UHGV virus genome: UHGV-0212329
Length of the DNA stretch: 52,574 nt
Origin: a virus
Direction: 5' to 3' (one strand)
The position numbers and the translations under genes are program-made. This document shows, piece by piece, positions 27,610 through 37,974 of the stretch. Below the pieces are notes generated by a model. The model did no database searches, was not told the DNA's origin, and saw nothing but the letters and a program-made list of their open reading frames with translations. Positions within the stretch are counted from its first letter, which is position 1; every line of letters starts with the position of its first letter.

Positions 27610-28260
27610 ATGGAATCGGAAAAGAAAACTACAACACCAAAAAAAGCAAAGACGTTTACGGAATCGGAAGTACAAGAATTGTTGAAAGCGGCGGTGGCTC
27701 AAGCTTTAGCAGAGCAAAAATCAACGACAACGATAATGCAAGTGGCAAAAGAAGAATACGTAACAGTACTCTATTTAGGGGCTATGGCAGATGGGGCGAG
27801 TGTTGCATTAGGTAAGCTTGGAAATATTAACAAAGCCGGTACAACAAAAGACATTCCTAAAAAAGAGTTTATCCAAGCACTTGGCACTCCCGTAATAGAT
27901 GATTTGCTTAGCAAAAAGCAGTTAATCGTTGTAAACGGTTTAACTGAAGAAGAGCGTAATCGTTATGGACTTGAATATAAGGATAATGAGTTGCTAACTC
28001 AAAACGCATTTTTTAAGATTATGGATTTTGGAGCAGAAGAAATTTGTAGAATTTTCTCTTCGCTTTGCCCGGAACATCAGCAAATCGTATCGAAATTATA
28101 TTTAACAGCCTATTTTGAACGACACGATAATCGTGTCAATATGCCTACAGTAAAGAAACTCAATAAAATATCTAAAAAATACTTCAAAGACGGCTTATTT
28201 ACCCCGATATTGGAAGATATGGGTGCGAAATTAGCGGCTGATGACGAAGAAGAAATTTAA
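27610..28260 (+). CDS. Hypothetical virion-module protein
   Basis: AAGGAG RBS; follows the capsid gene. Confidence 0.75.
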   Translation: MESEKKTTTPKKAKTFTESEVQELLKAAVAQALAEQKSTTTIMQVAKEEYVTVLYLGAMADGASVALGKLGNINKAGTTKDIPKKEFIQALGTPVIDDLLSKKQLIVVNGLTEEERNRYGLEYKDNELLTQNAFFKIMDFGAEEICRIFSSLCPEHQQIVSKLYLTAYFERHDNRVNMPTVKKLNKISKKYFKDGLFTPILEDMGAKLAADDEEEI

Positions 28261-28277
28261 ACAAAAAGGGAAAGCCT

Positions 28278-29009
28278 ATGACACCTATACTTGAGGTTAT
28301 AACTAAATATTGTGATCGCTACATAGATGATGTTCGTTTGTCGACATTAAAAAAAGATAATCCTCCCTTGTGGGCAAGAAGAATGAGCAACTATTTTGTA
28401 CCTGCGGTAGTGTTATTCAATGTTCCAGAAGAAATGCCTGAGTATCTGCTTGGAACGCCCGATAACATTAAGCTTGTAGAACCTATAGTTGCGGACTACC
28501 GATATAAAACAGCAAGCGAGCAAACAAGTACTATTACTATTCAGCTTGGGGTTGATTTTATCGGATTTGAAGTATTTGCGGCACACGAGATAGTTGAAAG
28601 AAACGGTAACGTAGTATCTACACCCTCGAGTCGTTGCAGTTACGATGCAGAAAAGGCTCAAATAACAATAACTGCCGATAGCAGTACTCCGATTCTTGCG
28701 GGGACGACATTCGATTTTGACTTTTACACGGACGGTTATTTTGTAAACACATTAACGCCGGAAATGATGAATATTTTAGGCATGTGCTTCCAAGTTATTT
28801 GGAGAGAAGGGTTTAACGAAGATTGGTTATCGCTTGTATCAAAAGTAGAAGATAACAGCTTTTATGAACAAAATAGAGCGAATAAGGAAAGAGCCGATAC
28901 TGAGAGAATGGAAGCCTTACGTCGGAAATTGGCGGGTGAAATGCGTCGTTTTGAGCAAAATCTTAGGTATAAACAAACCGTACCACAATCGAAGCGCATA
29001 GGCTTTTAG
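28278..29009 (+). CDS. Putative head-tail adaptor
   Basis: MTPILEV N-terminus and LTPEMMNILG...W pattern; position. Confidence 0.5.
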   Translation: MTPILEVITKYCDRYIDDVRLSTLKKDNPPLWARRMSNYFVPAVVLFNVPEEMPEYLLGTPDNIKLVEPIVADYRYKTASEQTSTITIQLGVDFIGFEVFAAHEIVERNGNVVSTPSSRCSYDAEKAQITITADSSTPILAGTTFDFDFYTDGYFVNTLTPEMMNILGMCFQVIWREGFNEDWLSLVSKVEDNSFYEQNRANKERADTERMEALRRKLAGEMRRFEQNLRYKQTVPQSKRIGF

Positions 29010-29030
29010 AACAAAACAAGGAGTAAAAAA

Positions 29031-29621
29031 ATGAAAAGTTTTGTATTGACTAAAGAAATTTTTGCAAACGCAAAAACATATATCCCGTTGGACGAGAAAA
29101 TAGTATTAGCTACCGTTATTGCCGAACGCTCTATTAAGCCTATAAAATTAGATAAAGATAACGGCATATTAACTAACCTAATCTGCGAAGATATGGCTAC
29201 TAAAAACATTTTAATAATGCAAATATTGATAGAGCAATATTTGGGATTGAATTTTACAAATAAAGAAGAAGACATATTTAAAAGCTACGATTATTATGCG
29301 AGCGGTAGCCTTATCAATCAAATCGAGCGTTTCAAATTCGATTCCGAGCTAAAGGCAAAGGCGTATGACTTGCTCGATGATTTCAAGCAGTTTAAGGCTA
29401 TTGTGTCAACGACAATATATAATAATATTCTTGAAGTAAATGACATAGGCAATAGGATAAGTAAAGCTTTGTTGTCTATATTAACGCCTGAAAATATACA
29501 AAAAACAGTAGCACAAATTAAGGCTGAATTAGAGAGTATAGATGTAGGAAATATACACGAAGCTGAAGATGTAGATTTTCCGTCTTTAGACGATGAGGGG
29601 GAAGAAAATTTTGGTGCATAA
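29031..29621 (+). CDS. Hypothetical protein
   Basis: AAGGAG RBS. Confidence 0.75.
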   Translation: MKSFVLTKEIFANAKTYIPLDEKIVLATVIAERSIKPIKLDKDNGILTNLICEDMATKNILIMQILIEQYLGLNFTNKEEDIFKSYDYYASGSLINQIERFKFDSELKAKAYDLLDDFKQFKAIVSTTIYNNILEVNDIGNRISKALLSILTPENIQKTVAQIKAELESIDVGNIHEAEDVDFPSLDDEGEENFGA

Positions 29622-30321
29622 ATATTCACAATGGTATCCATACATCAATGTGCATGAAAGCTACAATGATTTAAGTCAAGCAGTAGAATTGCCACGTAAA
29701 ATATGTGATTACCTCATAGACGCACCGAAAGGGGAATATATACCGCCTGATGATAATACATACGCACGTTGCCGATTTTGGAAATACTTAATGTACGATT
29801 CGGCTAAGCCGCTTTCACAGCCGTTACCTACAATAAAGCAAAAGCTAAGCGTAGTATTTAACCCGGATAAAAAGGATAGTGCAACAACGGCTAAGGGATA
29901 CAGACTTTATCCTCAGATATGGACGAAACAAAGCCAAACCGCCGCACAAACGAGGGTATATGTTTATGAAGGGAGACAAGTTCCTAATGACAGTTACAAA
30001 ACTGCAACGGCTATACACTTTTTGATATGGACTCATTATACGAGTGAGGCTAACACGAAAGCCGATGCGTATAGCAGAACAGGAGCAATAGCTCAAGCGT
30101 TGATTGAGGCGTTTAATGGCATAAATATGACAGGAATAGGCACGTTTATGTTTGACAAACGCTGTCACCCTGATTGTGGTTCACGACCACTATATGACGG
30201 CGATATAAACGTAGGAAGAGAGTTAATTATAGGCTTAGAATTAGCGACAACTACGAATAAAACACCGAATGACAGTACAAACAAATTAAGCTTGGGTGAT
30301 TCAAATATCAAGTTTTGGTGA
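29593..30321 (+). CDS. Putative neck/tail-completion protein (start may be 29611/29614)
   Basis: Position; RTGAIAQALIEAFNG pattern. Confidence 0.5.
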   Translation: MRGKKILVHKYSQWYPYINVHESYNDLSQAVELPRKICDYLIDAPKGEYIPPDDNTYARCRFWKYLMYDSAKPLSQPLPTIKQKLSVVFNPDKKDSATTAKGYRLYPQIWTKQSQTAAQTRVYVYEGRQVPNDSYKTATAIHFLIWTHYTSEANTKADAYSRTGAIAQALIEAFNGINMTGIGTFMFDKRCHPDCGSRPLYDGDINVGRELIIGLELATTTNKTPNDSTNKLSLGDSNIKFW

Positions 30322-30338
30322 GCGAAGAGAGGCAGTCT

Positions 30339-30530
30339 ATGAGAATTTTTATAGATGAAAATACGGGTGAAAAGTTTTATCTTTTATCTGAAAAAGATAT
30401 TTTTAGATACAAGGAAGATAAAGCTGTTTCACATAACGTGGGAGTATTCGCCGTTAATGGAGAGCTATATAAATTTAGAGCGACAAAAAGGGGTGATAAG
30501 AAAGATGAATCAAAGTCAGAAATACCTTAA
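30339..30530 (+). CDS. Small hypothetical protein
   Basis: GAGG RBS, ATG 30339; overlaps the next gene. Confidence 0.5.
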   Translation: MRIFIDENTGEKFYLLSEKDIFRYKEDKAVSHNVGVFAVNGELYKFRATKRGDKKDESKSEIP

Positions 30531-31839
30531 AGGCTTAAGTAAGGATATGGACGTAGAAACATTATGCACAAATACTCCCGAACAATATAGCGATAGGGGT
30601 TATCAATATATGTCGACACGAACGGCATTATTTGATGAGAATAGAGCATATTTGTCGACCGACTTTTATCGTGCTAAAGCTCAAGGGATAGTTACAAATG
30701 ATTTCTATAAGTATATTTCTGTAGCGATACGCCTTGCAGACATATCTAAATCAAAAGGCTCATCGTATTTTGGGCGAAAATCGGACGATGTAAAACAAGT
30801 TTTGTTTGCTGATACCTCAGTAGATTATTTCCCTATAGGTGCAAAATTACTTGTTGCAGGGAACACTTGGTTATGTATCAATCCCGAGAATATGTCAAGT
30901 GCAAAAGCTACGGCAGTAGTTGGACGTTGTAATTCGTCTTATAACTCGTATGATTGTTACGGAAATGTTATAACCGAGCCGATAATACTCGAAAAGACAT
31001 TGATGTCAAGTAACAGCGATGAAACGCAAAAGAACCTTGTTCTCCCCGATGGATATTTTAATGTAGTTTGTCAACGTAACGAGAATACAAAAGTCATAGG
31101 TCAAAATTATAGGTTAATTTTAGGCTCACAAGCATTTTTTGTTACAGGTGTTACCGATTTTATCCAAGAGTTTTCGGGCGATAGAAATAGCTGCAACATA
31201 ATGAGCTTTACGATTCGAAAGGAAGAAGTTATAAACGAGCAAGACGATTTAGAAAAGTATTTTATTGCGGACGGCAAGACAAAATCCTTTGCAATCGAAA
31301 TTAACGAAAACGTCCAAATTGATAAGAATGATTCGTTACAACTAACGCCTACATTCATTGTTGACGGAAATGCTCAAACTGCTACACAAGAAATGCCAAT
31401 TACTTGGATATACAAGACATCGAATGAGTCGGTAGCTACAGTAGACGAAAACGGAATAATACGTGGGGTAAGCGTTGGAAATGCTGAAATAACTGTACAA
31501 TTAGCTCAAAATAATGGCATATCGGCGGTCGTAATGTGCATGGTTGGAGAAGCTGAGAATGCTCCTTATGTGGCATTTAAAGGTATAATTCCGACCGATA
31601 TAGTTCAATACGACACAGCCACTTTGAGTGCGGCATATTTTGTAAACGGCGTAGAAAGCGATGACCGGATTAAGTGGAGCTTTAGCAACACAAATCCAAG
31701 TGATTTTATTGCTACAATTTCGGAAGATGGAAAATCGGTTGAAATAATGTGCTTAAGTCCATCTGATTACCCACTTAAAGTAATGGCTTCACATGGTGGA
31801 TATAACATATCAACAGATATAACGTTATCGGGGTATTAG
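30505..31839 (+). CDS. Head-closure-like virion protein with Ig-like (Big_2) domain
   Basis: GGGGTGA RBS before ATG 30505; YKTSNESVATVDENGIIRGVSVGNAEITV Ig signature. Confidence 0.7.
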   Translation: MNQSQKYLKGLSKDMDVETLCTNTPEQYSDRGYQYMSTRTALFDENRAYLSTDFYRAKAQGIVTNDFYKYISVAIRLADISKSKGSSYFGRKSDDVKQVLFADTSVDYFPIGAKLLVAGNTWLCINPENMSSAKATAVVGRCNSSYNSYDCYGNVITEPIILEKTLMSSNSDETQKNLVLPDGYFNVVCQRNENTKVIGQNYRLILGSQAFFVTGVTDFIQEFSGDRNSCNIMSFTIRKEEVINEQDDLEKYFIADGKTKSFAIEINENVQIDKNDSLQLTPTFIVDGNAQTATQEMPITWIYKTSNESVATVDENGIIRGVSVGNAEITVQLAQNNGISAVVMCMVGEAENAPYVAFKGIIPTDIVQYDTATLSAAYFVNGVESDDRIKWSFSNTNPSDFIATISEDGKSVEIMCLSPSDYPLKVMASHGGYNISTDITLSGY

Positions 31840-31842
31840 TCT

Positions 31843-32061
31843 ATGAATAAATGGGAATGTCCTTTCGCATATAGAACTACTCACTTCGAGTACTTATTGT
31901 GCAAACAGCTTATGGTTGCTGAAAGAAGTTATATTGAACCGAGAGATTGTGTTACGGCTATGTGCGCACATCAAAGACACTGTAATTGTACTCATAGAGT
32001 AGAAAATACAGAAAAAGCAAAAGAATGTTTTAGATACCAATCGGGGAATACCCTCGTTTGA
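31843..32061 (+). CDS. Small Cys-rich hypothetical protein
   Basis: CP...C...CAHQRHCNC...C. Confidence 0.65.
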   Translation: MNKWECPFAYRTTHFEYLLCKQLMVAERSYIEPRDCVTAMCAHQRHCNCTHRVENTEKAKECFRYQSGNTLV

Positions 32062-32093
32062 TATACATAATTAGGCAAGAGGAGAACGACGAG

Positions 32094-32915
32094 ATGAGCC
32101 TAATAAACAATATGGAAAATATCAAAATAAGGCAGGGAGAACCTATAGAAGCCTTAGGATTGATGTTTTACCCAATAAAGATGTCAGAATACGAGCTATT
32201 TCTTACTTGCAAAGATGCTTTAATTGTCCGACTTGGTACGCTCCCTGTTAAGTATCAAATGAAGGATTATCTAAATGCGATATTTGCATTTGATTTGGCT
32301 ACGGTAGCGCAAAATGGTGAATTTTTTGGTTTGTTTGCTCGACTTATTACATTACTGTCTTTATCTTTGCGGATAGATATTGACATAAAAAAGTGGTTCA
32401 CGACAAAAAACATGAATGTACAAAAAGTGGCAGATGACTTGATAATAAACTATTTTACACTGACACAAGGGACGAAAAGAGTAAAAATAACTCCAATTGA
32501 TTTTTCGTCCATAATTAGACCGCTTATAGCCGTCCAAAACGGGATAGAACTTCCAGATGAGAGCGAAAATACGGAGCTAATTTTAGCTGAACAAAAAGTT
32601 GAGGCAATAAAAACTGCAAATGCTCCGAAACTTAAGATGAGCATAGATGACCTTATTGCTTCTGTTGCATACGCTTCTCATGTGCGAGAACGAGATGTTA
32701 TGAAATGGACAGTGAAAGAATTTGAGGCACGTAAAAGAGCTATAGAACGTGATAAACACTATATGATTTATGGACAAGCTGAGATGTCCGGAATGGTAAG
32801 CTTTAAAAACGGCAATCCATATCCACATTGGGCGTATGATAGGCTTGATGAAACCCATGGTACGATGTCATTAGGTTCTTTAGGCAAGAATATGGGCGGG
32901 CTATCTACAAAATAA
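32094..32915 (+). CDS. Putative tail assembly chaperone
   Basis: GAGGAG RBS; WTVKEF...AEMSGMVSFK...HW C-terminus; adjacent to the tail tube gene. Confidence 0.5.
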   Translation: MSLINNMENIKIRQGEPIEALGLMFYPIKMSEYELFLTCKDALIVRLGTLPVKYQMKDYLNAIFAFDLATVAQNGEFFGLFARLITLLSLSLRIDIDIKKWFTTKNMNVQKVADDLIINYFTLTQGTKRVKITPIDFSSIIRPLIAVQNGIELPDESENTELILAEQKVEAIKTANAPKLKMSIDDLIASVAYASHVRERDVMKWTVKEFEARKRAIERDKHYMIYGQAEMSGMVSFKNGNPYPHWAYDRLDETHGTMSLGSLGKNMGGLSTK

Positions 32916-32935
32916 AACTTAAAAGGAGAAAAATA

Positions 32936-34069
32936 ATGCAAGCATTTAGATTTGGCGATCCTAATCTTTTTGTTCAAGGAATCGCAGAACTTTACGTATT
33001 TGATGCAAATGGCAATGTAATCAACTATGATAATGTTTTATCTGAAGGTTCTATGAGTGCGACACAAGATGCGGGTGAAATTACCGGTTCGATTGGCAAC
33101 CCTTTGCTTATAAATATACCGCATAGCTCACGTCTTGGTGGCACGTTGACTTCTCAGGCATTTTCACTTAGACAGAGAGCGTTACAAACAGGCGGCGAAC
33201 TAAAGAAAAATGGTATAGTTCCTGTATTCGAAGCGTCCGTTGCTGTTGGGGCAAATGGGACACTCACATTGCCTAATTTTGCCACAGTACCGCCCGTAAG
33301 ACATTACGCACAGAGGTCAGACGATACATACGCATGGTGTTATATTCATAAGTCAGGCAGCACCGAATATACAGCAAGTAATGTTGGTGTGGATATTACC
33401 AGCGGCGCTGTACAAGCCACAGGGCTTACTGCCGGAGATTTATATGACATTCAATATTTTACGGCGCCGGCAACAGCAGACCAATTGGATATACCGTCTA
33501 ATTATATGCCGCAAGTAGCGAGCCTTATGCTCAAATACGGCGTTTATAGTAAACAAAATGATGCCATTACGAATGGCTCTATATGCGGATATTTGTTTGT
33601 TTATGTTCCCAAAGCACAATTTACAGGTGACTCTGGGTTGTCAGCATCGCAAACATCTAACGCAACAACCTCTTACGATTGGCAAGCTCTTGTCGACAAT
33701 GATAATTTGCCGGATTCGGTAGATTTTCGTAACTGCAAAAATTCGGCGTCGCCGTATGGCTTTTATGTATATTGTCCGTGCGGCAATATCGAGGACAGTG
33801 TTGATTCGTTATTTGTTCGTGGTGGTAGTATTTCGGTTAAGAAAGACGCTTCGATGCAGATTCCTGTATTCTATCTCATGAAAGACGGAACAGTTGCACA
33901 ACCTTCATATTCGGCACTTACTTACACAAGTGCGGCTCCGGCAACTGCGACTGTAGACACCAAGGGAGTTGTTACTGGGAAGCAAGCCGGGAATACGAAC
34001 ATAACTATAAAACTTGGCGAAAGTGCTATTGCGCCTACTGTGATTTGTCCGGTGACGGTAACGGCATAA
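32936..34069 (+). CDS. Major tail (tube) protein with C-terminal Ig-like domain
   Basis: EITGSIGNPLL N-terminal motif; TYTSAAPATATVDTKGVVTGKQAGNTNITI Big_2 signature. Confidence 0.8.
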   Translation: MQAFRFGDPNLFVQGIAELYVFDANGNVINYDNVLSEGSMSATQDAGEITGSIGNPLLINIPHSSRLGGTLTSQAFSLRQRALQTGGELKKNGIVPVFEASVAVGANGTLTLPNFATVPPVRHYAQRSDDTYAWCYIHKSGSTEYTASNVGVDITSGAVQATGLTAGDLYDIQYFTAPATADQLDIPSNYMPQVASLMLKYGVYSKQNDAITNGSICGYLFVYVPKAQFTGDSGLSASQTSNATTSYDWQALVDNDNLPDSVDFRNCKNSASPYGFYVYCPCGNIEDSVDSLFVRGGSISVKKDASMQIPVFYLMKDGTVAQPSYSALTYTSAAPATATVDTKGVVTGKQAGNTNITIKLGESAIAPTVICPVTVTA

Positions 34070-34095
34070 CCTAATTTTCGTATTTTTTAAAATTC

Positions 34096-34138
34096 AATTC
34101 CTTTCTTCTCTTCTTAATGTAGGGGGAAGAAAGGAATT
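34096..34138. terminator. Long hairpin after the tail tube gene
   Basis: AATTCCTTTCTTCTCTT / GGGGGAAGAAAGGAATT. Confidence 0.55.
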
Positions 34139-34159
34139 ATATTACGGAGGGTTAATCGT

Positions 34160-34699
34160 ATGGAATTAAAAATTACCGCCGAAGTAAAAGGAATAGCGGA
34201 GACGATTGAGGAGCAGTCAAAGGCAATCAAAAAGCAAATACCTAAAGCATTACAGTATGTTGGGGCTGAAATGAAGGTGAATTTACAAAAACACATATAC
34301 GAAGATTGGTATTTGCAATACACTCCATCGGTGTATAAAAGACGAACAGACAATCCCAATTTGGGTATTCCAATTGGCAGTGATAAAAATATTAGTATAA
34401 ATGTAAACGAAAAGCAAATTGAGTTTGATTTTTCTCCGGATTTATACAATAAAGAATTTAGTCCACTAAACTATTCGAGCGATCGAATGATTACATGGAT
34501 ACAACAGACACACGAAATTTTTGGAGTTCTAATCCCTCCTCGTCCTTTTTGGAATAATTTTCTAAATGAGGAAAACAATGGCGTAACAATAGCGGCATTT
34601 ATTAAAGGAATGAAACCGCTTGACGTTACGGAAGATGAAAGCGACAAAGACTTAGGAATTTGTGGCTATAAAATGTCGGCTGATGAACCGTATTTTTAA
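34160..34699 (+). CDS. Hypothetical tail-module protein (HK97 gp10-like)
   Basis: YTPSVYKRRT and PPRPFW motifs. Confidence 0.6.
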   Translation: MELKITAEVKGIAETIEEQSKAIKKQIPKALQYVGAEMKVNLQKHIYEDWYLQYTPSVYKRRTDNPNLGIPIGSDKNISINVNEKQIEFDFSPDLYNKEFSPLNYSSDRMITWIQQTHEIFGVLIPPRPFWNNFLNEENNGVTIAAFIKGMKPLDVTEDESDKDLGICGYKMSADEPYF

Positions 34700-34740
34700 C
34701 AAAAAATTTGAGATTAGTTATATAAACACAACATTGGGGA

Positions 34741-37700
34741 ATGCACATGGCAAAGATAATTCTTAAAACCGAGTTAAATAATGTTTTACTTGAAAAACAG
34801 CTTAAAAGTTTAGAGAAGTCTATACAATCTATTTCGGCGTCAATGTCTAAGGTAACAGTAAATAAAAACCTTACGGCACAGCTTAATGCTTTGACAAAGA
34901 ATTATAAAGCATTACAAAGCATTGCTACCAAAACGATTGGGATAAATAATAAGGTTGCAATACAAGACGAAAAACTTGCTCAAGCAAAGGCAAAGACAGC
35001 AAAAGAACTTGCAAGGCAAAACACCGAAGAAGCAAAAGCAGCAACACAAAAAATTAAATTAGAAAAGGCTGTATTATCGTTAAAGCGAGCGCAGGAAAAA
35101 GAAGCAAAAGCTCAAGAAAAAGCAACAAACGCTGTTAAAGAAAACACTAAAGCAAATGAAGAAAATGAACAATCTATAACTTCTATGATGAAGGGCTTTG
35201 CTCGATGGCAATTAGTGGCTACACTTGTAATGAGACCGCTTAATCTCATTAGGCAAGCCTATGCTGATTTAAACGAGACTCTAATAAAGACTGAAGATTC
35301 GGTTATAGAATTGCAACGAGTGCTGGGTAACGAATTTTCAGATAAAAAACTTGGCGATTCGCTTTATAATCTTGCTATTAAGTATGGACAGACCTTTGAA
35401 GTCGTCGATGAAATAGCTTTAAATTTTGCAAAGACCGGCATGTCAACGAAAGAGACATTAAAGGCAACTGAAGCTGCACTGTTGGGTGTAAATACGGCAG
35501 ACCTCCAACCGGGACAAGCTTCGGAAGGAATGATTGCCATAATGTCGCAGATGGGACTTACGGCTAATGACCTTCAACTGGTTATAGACAAGCTTAATAT
35601 TACAGCAGACAATGCGGCGGTTTCGACGGAAAAACTCTTGGCTGCACTTCAACGAACCGGTGCAACGGCAAAAAATGCTAACTTATCCTTAGACCAAACT
35701 GCAAGTATTATAACTGCTTTATCTGAAAAAACCGGGCGAAGCGGTGAAAGTATAGGTACGGCTCTTAACGCCTTAATACAATTTTCTCAAAAAGATACAT
35801 CGTTAAATACGTTCTCTAAATTAAGCGTAGATATGGCGAGAACGGTAGAAAACTTTAGACATGGTAGCGCAACTATACTCGATATTTGGCGTCAATTATC
35901 AATAGAAATATCCACGAGAAAGGATAGTAACGAGAATATTCTTGGCACTTTATTTGAGGGCGACGATTGGCGTAGTCTTAATACTGAGCTACAAGAAGAG
36001 TTAGGTGAAAACTTTGCTACCATTACCGAAATATATGATACAGCCAGTACTTTTCGTAAAAACTATTTTATAGCATTGCTTGACAACATGGACGGTGTTG
36101 ATAAAGCATTAGAGACAATAAGTAAGGCTCAAGGTTATTCACAAAATGAAAATCTTAAATATTTAGATACATATACTGCACGATTAAATCAGTTAGAGGC
36201 ACGTTGGCAAAAATTTCTTAACGATGAACAAGGTTGGCTTGGCTTTAAAAAGGGTTTAATTGACGTAGGAAATTGGCTACTTTCGGCTACCCAAAAATTA
36301 GGTGGATTATCTTCAGTATTTCGTACGATTGTAGCAATTGTAGCACCTATATTGGGTGCTAAGGCTTTATCCAAAACCATAGCATTATCAAAAACATTAT
36401 TTACCACTTTAAAAACTGGGGCTTTATCCTTGCAATCAGCATTTGGGTGGGTGAGTGTTGTTGCGGGGGCATTATCTCTAATTGCAGGAATAAGTGAGGG
36501 AATAAGCCAAGAAAGAAAACAAGCCATATCAGATAGTTTGACAGCCGGCACGGAAGCGCAAAGCTCGCTCGAAGAAACAATATCAAATATTTCTAAAAGT
36601 TATTCGGAAATGGCGAATAGTGTTGTCAATGCCCGTCGTATTTTGAATGACTCCACCGCTACAGATGAACAAAAGGAGCTTGCACAGCAAAAATTACTTG
36701 AGATTCAAAATAAACTCATTGATAGCAATAATAAGTATGCGCAAAGCGTTGATGTTGTCAACGGCAAACTTGAAACTCAAATTGAGAATATTAAAGGAAT
36801 TTCTCTTGATGAAATTCGGTCGCAAATTACAGACTTTTATAACAAAAATGTAGATTCATTTGCAAATGCCGAGAAATATTGGAATAATGAGAAAATTACT
36901 CCTTTAGACTTTGACGAAAGTGCGCATGCGTGGTCAAGTTTAGATGTTAAAAATGTAAGGTTGTTGAATTGGCTTAAAGAAAACGGTTATGGCGGCATGC
37001 AAGATGTCGGCATGTATGATAACTGGGTTGTCGGGCTGGGAAGAGCAATCGCAGGTGTCTTTGGTGCAAAAACCGCACATACGGCAATGCTTGTTCCCAT
37101 AGCAGAACAACTTGATGTATTAAACGAACTCATAGACAAAATCAATGCCGATGAGTCTCTTTCTGAGATAGATAGAGAGTATTTGCTTGGGCAAGTTCAA
37201 GCACAAATCAATGCTCGACTTGATCCGGAATCGGATTATGCGAAAGCAAAGTCACTGCTATTTGGTGATGAAAATGCAAACACTCTTGTTGGACGTTTGA
37301 CTGCTGACGAAATAAGAAAGATAGTAAGTGGGGAAATGTCTGATGCTGAGCTGTCAAAGCTTTTAGCGGATTTAAATACAACAGAACGTGATAGTGCGGA
37401 CGTTTCTTCGGAAATTGCAAAAAATTATAGCTCGATTCTTGAGTCTATAGAAAAAGCTCGTGACATAGAACAGCAACGTCTTGATATAGAAAAAGCTCGT
37501 CAAGCTTTAATAGATAAGCAAAAAGAGCGTTCAGTTGCAGTATTTAATGCCGAAACAGGTGAGATGGAATGGCATGCTAATGATAAAGAAATTGCTGATT
37601 TACAAGATGCAGGGATTTCAGCCATTCTTAAAGAATTAAATGCTGCAAGCGAAAGCGGAGAGTTAAACGATGCGTTATTGACGGCTTTATTTGAAAAATG

Positions 37701-37938
37701 GGCTGATGCTGGTATGACCTCAAATTCGGATTTTCGCAATATTGCAAGCCAGTTTGGTGTATCATTTGGAGCGACCGATAAGACAGCTCATTCTTTTGGA
37801 AGCGATGTCGTGAACAATAGTAATAATGTATCAAATACTTCGCAAACTTATGTTATAAATGGGGTTACTATTCCTGCTGCAGTAGCTCAAACGCAAACAA
37901 TAGCTGAATTGTTCGAAAACTTTGATTTGGTCGGTTAG
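34741..37938 (+). CDS. Tail tape measure protein
   Basis: 1065 aa, helical; YGQTFEVVDE..FAKTG, TGRSGESIGTAL core; central hydrophobic segment. Confidence 0.9.
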   Translation: MHMAKIILKTELNNVLLEKQLKSLEKSIQSISASMSKVTVNKNLTAQLNALTKNYKALQSIATKTIGINNKVAIQDEKLAQAKAKTAKELARQNTEEAKAATQKIKLEKAVLSLKRAQEKEAKAQEKATNAVKENTKANEENEQSITSMMKGFARWQLVATLVMRPLNLIRQAYADLNETLIKTEDSVIELQRVLGNEFSDKKLGDSLYNLAIKYGQTFEVVDEIALNFAKTGMSTKETLKATEAALLGVNTADLQPGQASEGMIAIMSQMGLTANDLQLVIDKLNITADNAAVSTEKLLAALQRTGATAKNANLSLDQTASIITALSEKTGRSGESIGTALNALIQFSQKDTSLNTFSKLSVDMARTVENFRHGSATILDIWRQLSIEISTRKDSNENILGTLFEGDDWRSLNTELQEELGENFATITEIYDTASTFRKNYFIALLDNMDGVDKALETISKAQGYSQNENLKYLDTYTARLNQLEARWQKFLNDEQGWLGFKKGLIDVGNWLLSATQKLGGLSSVFRTIVAIVAPILGAKALSKTIALSKTLFTTLKTGALSLQSAFGWVSVVAGALSLIAGISEGISQERKQAISDSLTAGTEAQSSLEETISNISKSYSEMANSVVNARRILNDSTATDEQKELAQQKLLEIQNKLIDSNNKYAQSVDVVNGKLETQIENIKGISLDEIRSQITDFYNKNVDSFANAEKYWNNEKITPLDFDESAHAWSSLDVKNVRLLNWLKENGYGGMQDVGMYDNWVVGLGRAIAGVFGAKTAHTAMLVPIAEQLDVLNELIDKINADESLSEIDREYLLGQVQAQINARLDPESDYAKAKSLLFGDENANTLVGRLTADEIRKIVSGEMSDAELSKLLADLNTTERDSADVSSEIAKNYSSILESIEKARDIEQQRLDIEKARQALIDKQKERSVAVFNAETGEMEWHANDKEIADLQDAGISAILKELNAASESGELNDALLTALFEKWADAGMTSNSDFRNIASQFGVSFGATDKTAHSFGSDVVNNSNNVSNTSQTYVINGVTIPAAVAQTQTIAELFENFDLVG

Positions 37939-37974
37939 CATGCCTACCAACGACTATATAAGGGAGATATAAAT

